Assembly: GCA_963668645.2 (NCBI GenBank)
Contig: CAXXWC010000021.1
Span: 1,408,001 to 1,472,000 of the forward strand
Source: Desulfobacterales bacterium
Lineage (GTDB): Bacteria > Desulfobacterota > Desulfobacteria > Desulfobacterales > UBA2174
DNA length: 64,000 nt
Direction of reading: 5' to 3'
The notes under the pieces are model-generated. The model had not been told where the DNA came from. It worked only from the letters and a program-made list of their open reading frames with translations, and made no database searches. Below, one piece after another: positions 20,431 through 31,085 of the stretch (positions are counted from its first letter, which is position 1; each line of letters opens with the position of its first letter). The translations under genes were made by a program, and so were the position numbers.

Positions 20431-21732
20431 ATGCAAGCTCCACTGGCGATCTACAATCTTTTCCTCCACGCGGCCATGGCCCTGGGCACCCCCCTGGCGC
20501 TGGCCAGCGCCAAACGGCGCCGGACCATGGCCCAGCGCCTGGGCCTCACGCCCCCGCCCCGGCACTTGGGAACGAAGCGGCCCTTGTGGGTTCACGCCCT
20601 TTCGGTCGGGGAGGCCCTCTCGGCCGTTCCCCTGGTGGCAACCCTCCGGCACCGGCATCCCCAGCGGCCCCTGATCTTTTCCACCAGCACCCATACCGGC
20701 CGGCAGATCGCCGAACAACGGCTGGCCGGCTCGGTGGACGATCTGTGCTATTTCCCCTACGATCTGCCCGTGGCGGTCGGTGCCTGGATGCGCCAAATCC
20801 GGCCGGGAGGGATCGTTCTGGTGGAAACCGACCTGTGGCCCAATTTTTTGCACGCCGCGGCGGCCGCCGCCATACCGGTGGCCCTGGTCAATGCGCGCCT
20901 GAGCCGCCGCTCTTTTGCCGGGTACCGGCACGCCCGGGTTCTGGTGACCCCCATGCTGCAGAGCCTGACCGCCGTTGCGGTCCAATCACCGGCCGACGCC
21001 CGCCGCTTCCGGCGACTCGGCGTCGCGGCCGGGAAGCTGAGCGTGGCCGGAAACCTCAAGTACGACCAGCCGCTGCCGGAAGACCCGGCTGGCGAAGCGT
21101 CCGCCATGCGCGCGCGGCTCCAGGTCGGTGCAAGCCAGCCGGTCCTGATCGCTGGCAGCACCCACCCCGGAGACGAAAGTCCCTTGGTCGACGCCTGCAC
21201 CCGGTGGCGAACCCGTTTTGCCGATCTGGTTTGCGTGGCGGCGCCGCGGGATCCGCTACGCGCCGGCGAGCTGATGCGGACATTTTCCCGCCAGGGGATC
21301 GAGGCCTGCCGCTGGAGCGAATTGTCCGCCGGCAGCCCGCGCCGGGCTTCTGTGGTGGTGGTGGACCAGATGGGGATTCTGGCCCGGCTCTACGCAGCCG
21401 CCGACCTGGCGTTTGTAGGCGGCAGCCTCGCCGGCTGCGGGGGACACAATCCCCTCGAAGCGGCAGCCTTTGCCCGGCCTGTCCTCTATGGACCGGACAT
21501 GAGCGATTTCAGTCTGGTAGCCGAAGAGCTGGAAGCCGCCGGAGGCGCGATTCGCGTGGCCGACGGCGATGCGCTGGCCCGCGAGGGCATGCGGCTGTTA
21601 GCTGACCGCCGCCTGGCGGCCCGCATCGGTTCCCGGGCGCGGCAGGTTTTCGAAACCCACCGCGGGGCCGTGGCGCGCACGGTGGCGCTGATCGATTCCA
21701 TCATGCCGCCATCCGGATTCGAGGGACCATGA
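20431..21732 (+). CDS. waaA: Kdo transferase
   Basis: WVHALSVGE, ETDLWPN, NARLSRRS, GNLKYD, AGSTHPG, GGHNPLEAA. Confidence 0.93.
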   Translation: MQAPLAIYNLFLHAAMALGTPLALASAKRRRTMAQRLGLTPPPRHLGTKRPLWVHALSVGEALSAVPLVATLRHRHPQRPLIFSTSTHTGRQIAEQRLAGSVDDLCYFPYDLPVAVGAWMRQIRPGGIVLVETDLWPNFLHAAAAAAIPVALVNARLSRRSFAGYRHARVLVTPMLQSLTAVAVQSPADARRFRRLGVAAGKLSVAGNLKYDQPLPEDPAGEASAMRARLQVGASQPVLIAGSTHPGDESPLVDACTRWRTRFADLVCVAAPRDPLRAGELMRTFSRQGIEACRWSELSAGSPRRASVVVVDQMGILARLYAAADLAFVGGSLAGCGGHNPLEAAAFARPVLYGPDMSDFSLVAEELEAAGGAIRVADGDALAREGMRLLADRRLAARIGSRARQVFETHRGAVARTVALIDSIMPPSGFEGP

Positions 21733-22841
21733 GACGTCTGGCCGGTTACATCGAGGCCGTGATGGCAGATCCGGCCCCGCGGCCGCCTCTTTCCCCGGCC
21801 ACGCTTCTTGCAGCACTGTCAGGCGTTTACGGCGGCGCCATGGCCTTGCGCGCCGATCTGTATCGCCGGGGGATTCTCCACCGGCGACGGCTGCCGTGCC
21901 GAGTGGTATCGGTGGGCAACCTCACCGTCGGCGGAACGGGCAAAACCCCCCTGACCATGGATCTGGCGGCCCGGCTGCGCCACCGCGGGTGGCCGGTCTG
22001 TGTTTTGAGCCGCGGCTACCGCGGAACGGCCGAACAGACCGGTGCGGTCGTCAGCGACGGGTGCCGGGTCCTGGTTCCGGCGAAAGTGGCCGGCGACGAG
22101 CCCTGGCTCATGGCCCGGCGTCTGTCCGGAATCCCGGTCATTGTTGGACGCGACCGCTACGCCTCCGGTATGACGGCGGTCAACCGTTTCGGGGCCCGGG
22201 TGGTAGTGCTGGACGACGCCTTTCAACATCTTGGCCTGGCCCGCGACCTGGACATCCTGCTTCTGGATGCCCGCGCGCCCCTGGCCAACGGCTATCTGCT
22301 GCCCCGGGGCCGGCTGCGCGAGCCGTTCATCCAGGCGCGTCGCGCCCATGCCTGGGTGCGGATCCACCGGCACACCTGGGCCGGGGGCGGCACCGGCCCC
22401 CTGCCCGCCCCTGCCAGGCCGGTGCTTGATGCGATCCTGGACTCCTCTCTGGCCATGCTGGCAGCCCCCGGCGGCGCAGCGATCCCGCAGGGTGCAACCT
22501 CCGATTTTTTCAAGGGGCGAAGAGTGGTGGCTTTTGCCGGAATCGCCGGCAACGCATCATTTTTCGATGCCCTGGAAACCGCCGGGGCGACCTTGACGGC
22601 GTGTTTGGGCTTTGCCGATCATCACGCCTACCGGTCCGCGGACCTGGAACGGATCCTGAGCGCTGCCCGCCGGACAGGGGCCGACTGCCTGGCCACAACG
22701 GCCAAGGACCATGCCCGCCTGGACGCGGCCGCATGGCCGCTGCCCCTGGCGGTGATGGATCTGGCCGTAGCCTGGAGCGACGGCGGCGCCATGATCGATG
22801 GGCTCTTGGACCGCTGCATGGCAGCCCCCCAAGGCCCTTGA
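21729..22841 (+). CDS. lpxK: Tetraacyldisaccharide 4'-kinase
   Basis: SVGNLTVGGTGKTP, LSRGY, GDEP, LDDAFQH, LLPRGRLREP, FADHH. Confidence 0.93.
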   Translation: MRRLAGYIEAVMADPAPRPPLSPATLLAALSGVYGGAMALRADLYRRGILHRRRLPCRVVSVGNLTVGGTGKTPLTMDLAARLRHRGWPVCVLSRGYRGTAEQTGAVVSDGCRVLVPAKVAGDEPWLMARRLSGIPVIVGRDRYASGMTAVNRFGARVVVLDDAFQHLGLARDLDILLLDARAPLANGYLLPRGRLREPFIQARRAHAWVRIHRHTWAGGGTGPLPAPARPVLDAILDSSLAMLAAPGGAAIPQGATSDFFKGRRVVAFAGIAGNASFFDALETAGATLTACLGFADHHAYRSADLERILSAARRTGADCLATTAKDHARLDAAAWPLPLAVMDLAVAWSDGGAMIDGLLDRCMAAPQGP

Positions 22842-22929
22842 CCGGGATTCACCCCATGGCATCTTGAGCGTGGACCGGCACTGTACCTGCGACCCCGCAT
22901 CTGCTCCTGACCACCGCGGCAATGGCTTC

Positions 22930-22958
22930 TTGACAGCCCCGGACGCCGCCTCTATAAA
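22930..22958 (+). promoter_or_regulatory. Sigma70-type promoter upstream of the heptosyltransferase genes
   Basis: TTGACA-N17-TATAAA in the lpxK-waaF gap. Confidence 0.65.
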
Positions 22959-22999
22959 TCCAGCGCTTTGTCATCCAATGCAAACGAAACGGATATTAG

Positions 23000-24076
23000 A
23001 TGGAACGTACGGGTCGAAGCCCGAGCAAACCCAGGGGCGGGCCGCCGAGGGTCAAACGCCTTCTGGTGCGTTCGACCAACTGGATAGGCGATGCGGTGAT
23101 GACCACCCCGGCGGTCCAGTCGATCCGCCGGGCCTTTCCCGCAGCCGAAATCACCCTGCTGGCCAAGCCCTGGGTCATCCCGGTTTTTGCCCACAGCCCG
23201 CATATCGATCGTTGTCTGGCCTACGATATCCATGGACGCCATCGGGGACTTGCCGGCCGCTGGCGCCTGGTGCGCGACCTGCACGCCGGGCGCTTCGATG
23301 CCGCCATTTTACTGCAAAACGCCTTTGAGGCGGCCCTGATCACGGCCGCAGCCCGGATCCCGGTGCGCATCGGCTTCGACACCGACGGTCGCCGGCTCCT
23401 GCTCACCCATCCGGTACACCGGCCGGCAGGCATCAAACAGCGCCACCAGACCGGCTATTACCTGGAAATCTTGCGCGGTGCCGGACTGCCGGCCGGCGAC
23501 CGGCGTCTCGAGCTCTTTTTGGACCGTGGTGACCGGCAGCGCGCCGACCAGCGCCTGGCGGCCCTGGGAATCCGGCCGGGGCAGTTTTTGGCAGGACTCA
23601 ATCCCAGCGCCACCTTCGGGCCGGCCAAGCAATGGCCTGAAGACAGGTATGCGGCCCTGGGCGACTGGCTCGTCGAACGATATCGGGCGAAGGTTTTGAT
23701 TTTCGGCGGTCCGGGGGATCAGGTTCTGGGCCGGCGTATCGGCGCGGCGATGCGCCACGAGGCGATAAATCTGGCCGGCGCGACCGATCTGGCCGAGGCC
23801 ATGGCCCTGATCGCCGCGCTTAGCTTATTTATCACCAATGATTCCGGTTTGATGCATGTAGCCGCGGCCCTGAATGTACCCCTGGTCGCCGTCTTCGGCT
23901 CCACCGATCCGGTGGCCACCGGCCCCCTCGGCAGCCTCAGCCGCGTGGTGCGCACCGACGTGCCGTGCAGTCCCTGCCTCAAACCCCATTGCCCCTATGG
24001 CCACCTGGACTGTATGCAGCGCATCACCGTCGAAAGGTTGCAGCAGGAGGTGGCAGGGCTCCTCGGCCCGCCATGA
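23000..24076 (+). CDS. waaF: LPS heptosyltransferase II (GT9)
   Basis: NWIGDAVMTTP, NPSATFGPAKQWP, TNDSGLMHVAAAL, CSPC. Confidence 0.87.
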   Translation: MERTGRSPSKPRGGPPRVKRLLVRSTNWIGDAVMTTPAVQSIRRAFPAAEITLLAKPWVIPVFAHSPHIDRCLAYDIHGRHRGLAGRWRLVRDLHAGRFDAAILLQNAFEAALITAAARIPVRIGFDTDGRRLLLTHPVHRPAGIKQRHQTGYYLEILRGAGLPAGDRRLELFLDRGDRQRADQRLAALGIRPGQFLAGLNPSATFGPAKQWPEDRYAALGDWLVERYRAKVLIFGGPGDQVLGRRIGAAMRHEAINLAGATDLAEAMALIAALSLFITNDSGLMHVAAALNVPLVAVFGSTDPVATGPLGSLSRVVRTDVPCSPCLKPHCPYGHLDCMQRITVERLQQEVAGLLGPP

Positions 24077-25128
24077 AGATCCTGATCGTCAAACTGAGTG
24101 CCATCGGCGACGTAATTCACACCCTGCCGGCGCTTTGCGCCCTGCGCCGCCGATGGCCGGCAGCCCGCATCGACTGGGTGGTCGAAGAAGCCGCCGCTGA
24201 CCTGGTGATCGGCCACCCGGCCCTGGACCGGGCCATCGTCTCCCGGCGCAAGGCCTGGATCCGCGCGCTTGGCGAGCGTGGCCGGCGGGGCGAGGCCGCA
24301 GGCCAGATCAAGCGATTCGTGGACGAACTGCGTCGCACCCGCTACGATATGGTCCTCGATTTTCAGGCCCTGCTAAAAAGTGCCTTGCTCGTGGCCCTTG
24401 CCCGGGCAAACCGCAAAATCGGCTTCGGTCCCGGCCTGGATCACATGGAACAGAGCTACCATGTGCTCACCGAAAAAATCCCGCCGCCGGGGATGGAAGT
24501 GCACGCGCTGGAACGCAACCTGATCATGATCCGGGCTCTGGGGGTCCCCGCGGCCAGGGTCGAGTACCACATCCCGGTGACCGGCAGGGACCGCACCGGC
24601 GTGGATCTCATGCTGGAAAGTGGCGCAATCGGTCCCGCAGCCCCCTTCGTCGCCATCAACCCGGTGGCCCAGTGGCCCACCAAGCTCTGGCCAGAGGCGC
24701 ATTTTGCCGCCCTTGCCGACCGGATCGTCCATCGCTACAATATGCCGGTCGTGTTCACCGGCAGTCCGGACGACGCCCGGACCGTGGCGCGTATCCTGGC
24801 CCTCATGCAGGGGCCGGCACTCGACCTGAGCGGAAAGACATCCCTCAGGAGCTTGGCGGCCCTTTACCAGAGAGCCGCCCTGGTGGTAAGCACCGACACC
24901 GGTCCGATGCACCTGGCGGCCGCCATGGGCACTCCCGTGGTGGCGCTTTTCGGCCCCACAGCCCCCTGGCGCACCGGGCCCTTCGGTCCGGGCCACCGCG
25001 TGGTGCGCGCGGCGGCCCCCTGCGCACCTTGTTTCAAACGCCACTGCGCAACCGGCGGATGCATGGCACGCATCCCGGTCGAAGCGGCCTGGAGCGCGGT
25101 GGCCGGCATCCTGAAGCAACGCACCTGA
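24073..25128 (+). CDS. waaC: LPS heptosyltransferase I-like (GT9)
   Basis: MKILIVKLSAIGDVIHTLP, DFQALLKSA, DTGPMHLAAA. Confidence 0.8.
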   Translation: MKILIVKLSAIGDVIHTLPALCALRRRWPAARIDWVVEEAAADLVIGHPALDRAIVSRRKAWIRALGERGRRGEAAGQIKRFVDELRRTRYDMVLDFQALLKSALLVALARANRKIGFGPGLDHMEQSYHVLTEKIPPPGMEVHALERNLIMIRALGVPAARVEYHIPVTGRDRTGVDLMLESGAIGPAAPFVAINPVAQWPTKLWPEAHFAALADRIVHRYNMPVVFTGSPDDARTVARILALMQGPALDLSGKTSLRSLAALYQRAALVVSTDTGPMHLAAAMGTPVVALFGPTAPWRTGPFGPGHRVVRAAAPCAPCFKRHCATGGCMARIPVEAAWSAVAGILKQRT

Positions 25129-25195
25129 GGCGCCGCCGCGGCCTCCGGCTTTGCCCCGGGCCGCCGGCGATCCGCAACCCGGAACCTGGAATACC

Positions 25196-25984
25196 ATGCA
25201 GATCTCGGTCATCGTCACCACCTACAATCGCCCTGCAGCACTGAAAGAGGTGCTCGAAGGGCTGGCCGACCAGCACTTGGCCCCCTGGGAAGTGGTGGTG
25301 GCCGACGACGGCAGCACCGGCGAAACCGCAGCGCTGGTGCGCAAGCTGACACCAGCGGTGGGCTACCGGCTGGATCATGCCTGGCAGCCAGACCAGGGGT
25401 TCCGGGCCTCGGCGATTCGCAATGCGGCCATACGCCGGTCCTCCGGCGACTACATCATCTGCCTGGACGGCGACTGCATCCCGTCAAGAAGCTTCATCGC
25501 CGATCACCGCCGCCTGGCTGAAAAGGGCTGCTTCTTTCAGGGCGGGCGGGTCCTGGTGAGCCGACGGCGCAGCCGGGACTACGCCCTCGCCCGGACACGG
25601 GGAACGGCGGCAAAGTTGACCGACCTGCTTTGCGGCGATCTGGGCAACGCCCACCATCTGCTGCACCTGCCTGCCTGGCCGGCCCGCCGTTCACAGCGCA
25701 TGGCGGGCATAAGAAGCTGCAACATGGGCTTGTGGCGCACCGATCTTTACGCGGTCAACGGATTCAACGAGGATTTTGTCGGCTGGGGCCGGGAGGACAG
25801 CGAACTGGCCGTGCGCCTGTTCCGCCTTGGACTGGACTGCAAACGCAGCCCTTTCATGGCGGCCTGTTTTCATCTCTGGCACCCGCAAAACGGAAGGGAC
25901 CGCCTTGGGGCCAACGACGCCCTGCTCGAGGCGGCCATGGCTCGCCCCGTCCATTTTTGCCCAAACGGAATCGAGAAGCGATGA
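25196..25984 (+). CDS. Glycosyltransferase family 2
   Basis: SVIVTTYNRP, VADDGS, LDGDC, NGFNEDFVGWGREDSEL. Confidence 0.88.
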   Translation: MQISVIVTTYNRPAALKEVLEGLADQHLAPWEVVVADDGSTGETAALVRKLTPAVGYRLDHAWQPDQGFRASAIRNAAIRRSSGDYIICLDGDCIPSRSFIADHRRLAEKGCFFQGGRVLVSRRRSRDYALARTRGTAAKLTDLLCGDLGNAHHLLHLPAWPARRSQRMAGIRSCNMGLWRTDLYAVNGFNEDFVGWGREDSELAVRLFRLGLDCKRSPFMAACFHLWHPQNGRDRLGANDALLEAAMARPVHFCPNGIEKR

Positions 25985-26907
25985 CACCGTTCAGGGCCAT
26001 GACGCCCGTCGTGCCTTGCGCCCTTTTTGTGATGCGCCTCATCGGAAAGCTGCCCCTGGCCCTGTTGCAGGGGGCGGGACGTCTTTGCGGCCGGCTGATC
26101 TTTGCTCTGGATTCCCGGCATCGGCGCATCGCGTCGGACAACCTGCGATTCGTCCATGGTGAGGATCTTCCTGCTTCAGGCCTCAGAAGGATGGCCCGGG
26201 GCGCTTTTGAAAGCTTCGGCCAAATCCCCTTCGAGGTCTGCTGGTCCCTGGCACTCGATCCCAGAAAATGGAACAGCTTTTTCAGGATTTCAGGCTTGGA
26301 CCATTACCGCCGGGCCACGGCCGGCGGCAACGGGGTCTTGTTTCTCACGGCCCATTTCGGCAGCTGGGAACTGCTGCCCATCATCGGCGCCATGGCAAAG
26401 ATCCCCCTGCACGTGGTTTACCGGCCGCTGGATGCACCGATCCTGGACCAAATGGTGCGCCGCATCCGCCAGCGCTTCGGCGCGACCCTGATCCCTAAGA
26501 AGCGAAACATCTTCAAGATCAACCGGGTGCTGCGCGAAGGGGGCGGCATCGCCATCCTCCTCGATCAGAATGTCGACTGGTATGAGGGGGTCTTTGTCGA
26601 TTTCCTGGGCCACCGCGCCTGTACCAGCAAGGGCCTGGCCGCCTTGTCGATCCTGTCGAAGGCGCCGGTGGTGCCCGTCTTCCTGGTACGGGAACCCGGC
26701 GGCTTTCACGCCCATTTCGAGGCGCCCCTCTATCCGCTCATTTCCGGGGACCGGATTCGCGACATCGAGGAAAACACCCGGCGCTACAACCAAGCTATCG
26801 AATCCTTTGTGCACCGCCACCCCGACCAGTGGTTTTGGGTGCATCAGCGCTGGAAGACAAAGCCCTACCACCCGATTCCGCAGCGGGTGGTCCGGCGCGA
26901 CCCTTGA
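25981..26907 (+). CDS. Lipid A late acyltransferase (LpxL/HtrB family)
   Basis: AHFGSWE, LLDQN, PDQWFWVHQRWK. Confidence 0.87.
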   Translation: MTPFRAMTPVVPCALFVMRLIGKLPLALLQGAGRLCGRLIFALDSRHRRIASDNLRFVHGEDLPASGLRRMARGAFESFGQIPFEVCWSLALDPRKWNSFFRISGLDHYRRATAGGNGVLFLTAHFGSWELLPIIGAMAKIPLHVVYRPLDAPILDQMVRRIRQRFGATLIPKKRNIFKINRVLREGGGIAILLDQNVDWYEGVFVDFLGHRACTSKGLAALSILSKAPVVPVFLVREPGGFHAHFEAPLYPLISGDRIRDIEENTRRYNQAIESFVHRHPDQWFWVHQRWKTKPYHPIPQRVVRRDP

Positions 26908-26918
26908 AAGGGGCATGG

Positions 26919-27659
26919 ATGGACGATCCCGTATACGTGCTGCATGTCAAAAAAGGCTTCGAAGACCGGGAGCAAAGCATCCGGCGCCAGTTTGCAGCGT
27001 TGCAGACCCCTTTTGAGTGGGTTCTCGAATTTGATATCCCCGAGATCAACGCAGGCATCCTGGACCATTACCGAAATCCCCAGGACCACCTGCGGATCGA
27101 GGAGATTTCCTGCTGCCTGAAACACCTCGGCGCCTGGGGAAGAATCGCGCAGTCCGAGGCCCAGGGCGGTCTGATCCTGGAAGATGACGCCCTGCTGGAC
27201 ACCAAGCGCTTCGGCCGTATTTTCGCCCGGGCCGTGGCCGAATTCAAAACATCCGGCGCCGGCACCGGCTGCATCTGCCTCGGCGACGGATGCGCCATGC
27301 ACGTCCCGTGGACCAAGCGAAAACGCGGCACCTGCCTCTATCCGGCCGGCCAGATGAGGGCCGCCGATTCCTACTGGATCAACCGCCAAACAGCCGCCCT
27401 GCTGCACCGGTGGGTCGAGGCCAACGGCTTCGCCCTGCCGGCCGACCACCTGATCACAGCGATCCTTAAGGAATTGAAAATCCCCCTTTTCTGGCTCGAA
27501 CCGACCATCGTCACCCAGGGATCCCACTGCGGGGTTTTCAATTCCATCATTCAGCTCAATGACATCGGCTTTATCAACAAGAAATACGAATTTCTGATCA
27601 AGAAGATCAGAAGGAAGTATATCTACCCCCTGTTGGGCGTCGACCCGCGCTTTAAATGA
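26919..27659 (+). CDS. Glycosyltransferase family 25 (LPS biosynthesis)
   Basis: YVLHVKKGFEDR, EISCCLKH, LILEDD, PADH, EPTIVTQGS. Confidence 0.75.
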   Translation: MDDPVYVLHVKKGFEDREQSIRRQFAALQTPFEWVLEFDIPEINAGILDHYRNPQDHLRIEEISCCLKHLGAWGRIAQSEAQGGLILEDDALLDTKRFGRIFARAVAEFKTSGAGTGCICLGDGCAMHVPWTKRKRGTCLYPAGQMRAADSYWINRQTAALLHRWVEANGFALPADHLITAILKELKIPLFWLEPTIVTQGSHCGVFNSIIQLNDIGFINKKYEFLIKKIRRKYIYPLLGVDPRFK

Positions 27660-27745
27660 AGTCTGCCGCCGCGGCAATCGCCGGGCCACATCCCGGTGCA
27701 CCCCGGCACGTGCGCAGCGCTAAACCGAAGCATGAGGAATCGGGC

Positions 27746-28957
27746 ATGCAAAATACGATCTTTTCTTCCGAAAACCGGCTCAACTTTGCCAGGGTGCTCG
27801 TTTTACTGGAGTTTGTCGCGCTTCTCGTATCGACGTCCATGGCCGTGGTCGTCGAGGTGCTCCTCTATCTTACCGTGCTTTCTTCAAAGGACCTGCTGCA
27901 AAGGCTCTGGGCCATCCGCAACCAGCCGATGATCCGCATGACCCTCTTGTGGATCGCGGTCCTGGCGCTTTCCTGCCTCTACACCATCGCACCTGCGGTG
28001 GATTTGATCGACATCCTGTCCAGCTGGCGCAAAATCCTGCTTTTGCCCATCGCCGCCGCCTGTTTCGATGCTCCGGTGTGGAAGAACCGTGCCATCCACA
28101 CCTTTTTCATCACCATTGCGGCCCTGCTGGTCCTTTCGTCTTTGACCTGGGTTCTGGGTCTTGATTTTTACAAGTGCCAAAACGGCATCATCATCGCCAA
28201 CCACGCGGCCCAGGGCATGTCTTTTGCGGCATGCATCATCCTCTCCCTTGCCCTGGCAGGGATGCATAAAAACCGGCCGGCCCGCAGGATGGGCTATTTT
28301 TTCATAGCCGCCTTGGCTTTCTTGAACATCGTTTTCATCACTCCCGGAAGAAGCGGTTACCTGGCCATGGCAGTCATCGTTTCCGCCTATGTCTTTTTCT
28401 CGATTGGCGGGATGAAAAAATATTTCATTTCGCTGGCGCTGGTCCTGGCCATTGCCCTGGCCTTGAGCCTTTCGCCCACCGCCAGGCAAAGAATCGATCT
28501 GGGCATCTCCGAGATCAAAAGTTATCAAACCAGCGATCAGCTCACCTCCATGGGGGTGCGCATGGTTGTGTGGCAAAATTCACTCAAACTGATCAGGGAA
28601 AAGCCCGTTCTCGGCTATGGCAGCGCTGCATTTGTGGAAGCTTACAAAAAAACGATTGCCGGTCAAAGCGGCTGGCAGGGCCAGATCATCAGGGATCCCC
28701 ACAACCAGTTTATGAGAATCTTCGTCGAACACGGGATCGTCGGTCTTTCCATTTTTCTTGTTTTCATCGGATCGTTTTTTCTTCAACCGGTCCAAGGTGT
28801 TTATCGGTATTTAGGACTGAGCGTCTTGCTGACCTGGTGCGCAACCAGTCTTTTCAGCTCCCATTTTTCGACCTTCCTCGAAGGACGGTTTTTGCTGGTC
28901 TGGCTTGGCGTGTTTCTCGCGGCAAACAGGCAGGCGGCCGATCCGGGCAACGGGTGA
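27746..28957 (+). CDS. O-antigen ligase family protein (WaaL-like)
   Basis: Polytopic membrane protein; GRSGY, SMGVR..VW, PVLGYG, PHNQF..IFVEHGIVG. Confidence 0.8.
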   Translation: MQNTIFSSENRLNFARVLVLLEFVALLVSTSMAVVVEVLLYLTVLSSKDLLQRLWAIRNQPMIRMTLLWIAVLALSCLYTIAPAVDLIDILSSWRKILLLPIAAACFDAPVWKNRAIHTFFITIAALLVLSSLTWVLGLDFYKCQNGIIIANHAAQGMSFAACIILSLALAGMHKNRPARRMGYFFIAALAFLNIVFITPGRSGYLAMAVIVSAYVFFSIGGMKKYFISLALVLAIALALSLSPTARQRIDLGISEIKSYQTSDQLTSMGVRMVVWQNSLKLIREKPVLGYGSAAFVEAYKKTIAGQSGWQGQIIRDPHNQFMRIFVEHGIVGLSIFLVFIGSFFLQPVQGVYRYLGLSVLLTWCATSLFSSHFSTFLEGRFLLVWLGVFLAANRQAADPGNG

Positions 28958-29012
28958 CGATATCTCTTCGGGCCTGAAACCGGCGGTCAGCCTGCGCCCG
29001 GGGCGCCCCGGT

Positions 29013-29771
29013 TCAGCCTTCCATCTCCAATGCATCCAGACGCCGGATGAACTCCTTCTGAATAAAATCCGGGATATTGTAACCGATGTCCTTTCTAAGC
29101 CCCCGCAGGTCGCGCTGCCGTACCCGGGCCGGCTTGTACCACCTGCTGGGCCGCATGTCATCGAAGTCCAGCAGCCAGATCCGGTCCTCGCCGAAAATCA
29201 AGTTGGCCACGCGGACATCCCCGTGGATTAACCCGAGCCGCCCGATCCTGGCCACCAGATCGACAATGAAATCCATCGCCCTTTCGATTTTATCCGATGC
29301 ATGGCGGTATCGATCGAAATACGCATCTCCCGTGATGCCGTCGACATGCTCATAAAGATAGTACGATTCCCTGCGCAAAGGGCCGATGCGCGTTTCGACA
29401 AAGCCGACCGGGGGCGGTACCAGGATGCCGTTGGCCCGCAGAAGGCGCGAGTAGTACCAATTGCGGCTGGCGCGTGTCTTTCTGAAAAGCCGCTTGAACT
29501 TGTGCCAGGCGGATTTGTAATTGTGCCGTTTGATGACGATCTTCAGCTGCCCGACTTGTAAAACTCCTATTTTACTCTTGAAATTTGCTTGCAGGATCTG
29601 AACTTCATCTTGATCGAGATACCTTGCCGGATCTTGCAGAATCATGAGCAGTTCACGGGAAAGGTACTGCTTGCCGATCTCGACATGGCGCCGGAAGCTA
29701 TGGTCCACAAAGATGTTTTCCATGCCAACCGATTCGTTATCGGATTGTTTTTTCTGATAAGATTCTTTCAT
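29013..29771 (-). CDS. LPS kinase (Kdo/WaaP-like kinase fold)
   Basis: VIKRHN, HGDVRVANL, LLDFD catalytic motifs; LPS context. Confidence 0.75.
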   Translation of the reverse strand: MKESYQKKQSDNESVGMENIFVDHSFRRHVEIGKQYLSRELLMILQDPARYLDQDEVQILQANFKSKIGVLQVGQLKIVIKRHNYKSAWHKFKRLFRKTRASRNWYYSRLLRANGILVPPPVGFVETRIGPLRRESYYLYEHVDGITGDAYFDRYRHASDKIERAMDFIVDLVARIGRLGLIHGDVRVANLIFGEDRIWLLDFDDMRPSRWYKPARVRQRDLRGLRKDIGYNIPDFIQKEFIRRLDALEMEG

Positions 29772-30879
29772 AGCACGTTTCGTGGGCCGCCGTGATCTGT
29801 TCCCAGGTGCATCTTTCCGCCGTCATCCTGGCCTGTCTTGCAATATTTGAACGAAGATCCTCGTCAAAAAGGGTTTTCAATAAATCCGGCAGTTGCCCCG
29901 GCTCATGCATCAGAAACCCGTTCCAGCCGTGCCTGATAATATCGGCCACGCCGGAATTGCTGCTGACAATCGTGGCAAGGCCGCAAGCCATCGCCTCCAG
30001 GATGGTCATCCCGAAGGCCTCGGACCTGGAGGGCAGCGCCACAACATCCGCCGCGGCGTAATACTTCCTGACATCCTCATCGAAACCGAAAAACTGCACG
30101 CGCTGTTCAAGGTCTCGGCGCATCACCATCCGTTTGTATCGGCTCACATGATCACCGCTTCCCACAACGAAAAGGCGCATGTTCGGTGAAAGGGCTGGGA
30201 TCAATCGGTCCAGCCCTTTTCTTTTGAAGGCCGAGCCCACGAACACGATGACCAGCTCGTTTCCCCGGACCCCCAGCCGAGCACGCGCCTCCTGCCTTTG
30301 GGCCTTGATCAGATCCGGGTGAAAGGTGTCGGTGTCCACCCCCGGGCGGATCACCGTCACATTCCCGGTCCGCCCGTAGCGCAGGGCAATATCTTCGGCG
30401 ATCGCATCGGAGACCGATATGAGCCAGGGCGAAGCCATCTGTTTTTTTTCAAGCCATAGATAACAAAGGCTTCTGAGGCTCAGGTATTTTTGATCGAATC
30501 TTTTCAGGCCGGAATATTTTTCTAATCCCGACAGATATGAAAAGCTGTGCAGGGTCAACACATCCTGTTTGTAGTTGCGCTCATGGGAATGGATGATGTC
30601 GTACGGCTTGTCCCTGAGCATTCCGCTTGTCTTCCGGATAAAATCGAGGGTGCTCAGAACATTGGAAAAAGAGACGCTGCGCGCAACGCGGTGGACGGTT
30701 ATGCCGTCGATAAACCTTTCGTCAGCCTCATAAGCGTAAACATCCACCTGGTGCCCCTTGTCGAGCAATCCTTTTGCCACCTGGAGCGCATAAATCTCTT
30801 TGCCCCCCGAGGGGCCGAACCTCTTGATCAAAAAAGCGATTCTCAGCACTTTCGACTGCACTCCATCACCTGGCGGCAT
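29737..30879 (-). CDS. Glycosyltransferase family 4 (WaaG-like)
   Basis: SGGKE, FVGSAFKRKGLD, YAAADVVALPSRSEAFGMTILEAMACG; start codon uncertain. Confidence 0.85.
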   Translation of the reverse strand: MPPGDGVQSKVLRIAFLIKRFGPSGGKEIYALQVAKGLLDKGHQVDVYAYEADERFIDGITVHRVARSVSFSNVLSTLDFIRKTSGMLRDKPYDIIHSHERNYKQDVLTLHSFSYLSGLEKYSGLKRFDQKYLSLRSLCYLWLEKKQMASPWLISVSDAIAEDIALRYGRTGNVTVIRPGVDTDTFHPDLIKAQRQEARARLGVRGNELVIVFVGSAFKRKGLDRLIPALSPNMRLFVVGSGDHVSRYKRMVMRRDLEQRVQFFGFDEDVRKYYAAADVVALPSRSEAFGMTILEAMACGLATIVSSNSGVADIIRHGWNGFLMHEPGQLPDLLKTLFDEDLRSNIARQARMTAERCTWEQITAAHETCYERILSEKTIR

Positions 30880-31085
30880 CCTGTGCCAAGCACCTTTGCC
30901 ACCGCCCATAGGGCGGGGGGATGACCGCAAAACGGATTTGTCTCCCTTGCATCTTCATCGATTCTTAATCTTGAGAGGCTATAGGATCACACAGGGAATG
31001 CCGAGCCGCCTCCGAGATGCCTCGGCGCCTCTTGTAGCACGGGTGCGATGCCCGTGGCTACCGGCATGTCAACACCTGGCGAGAT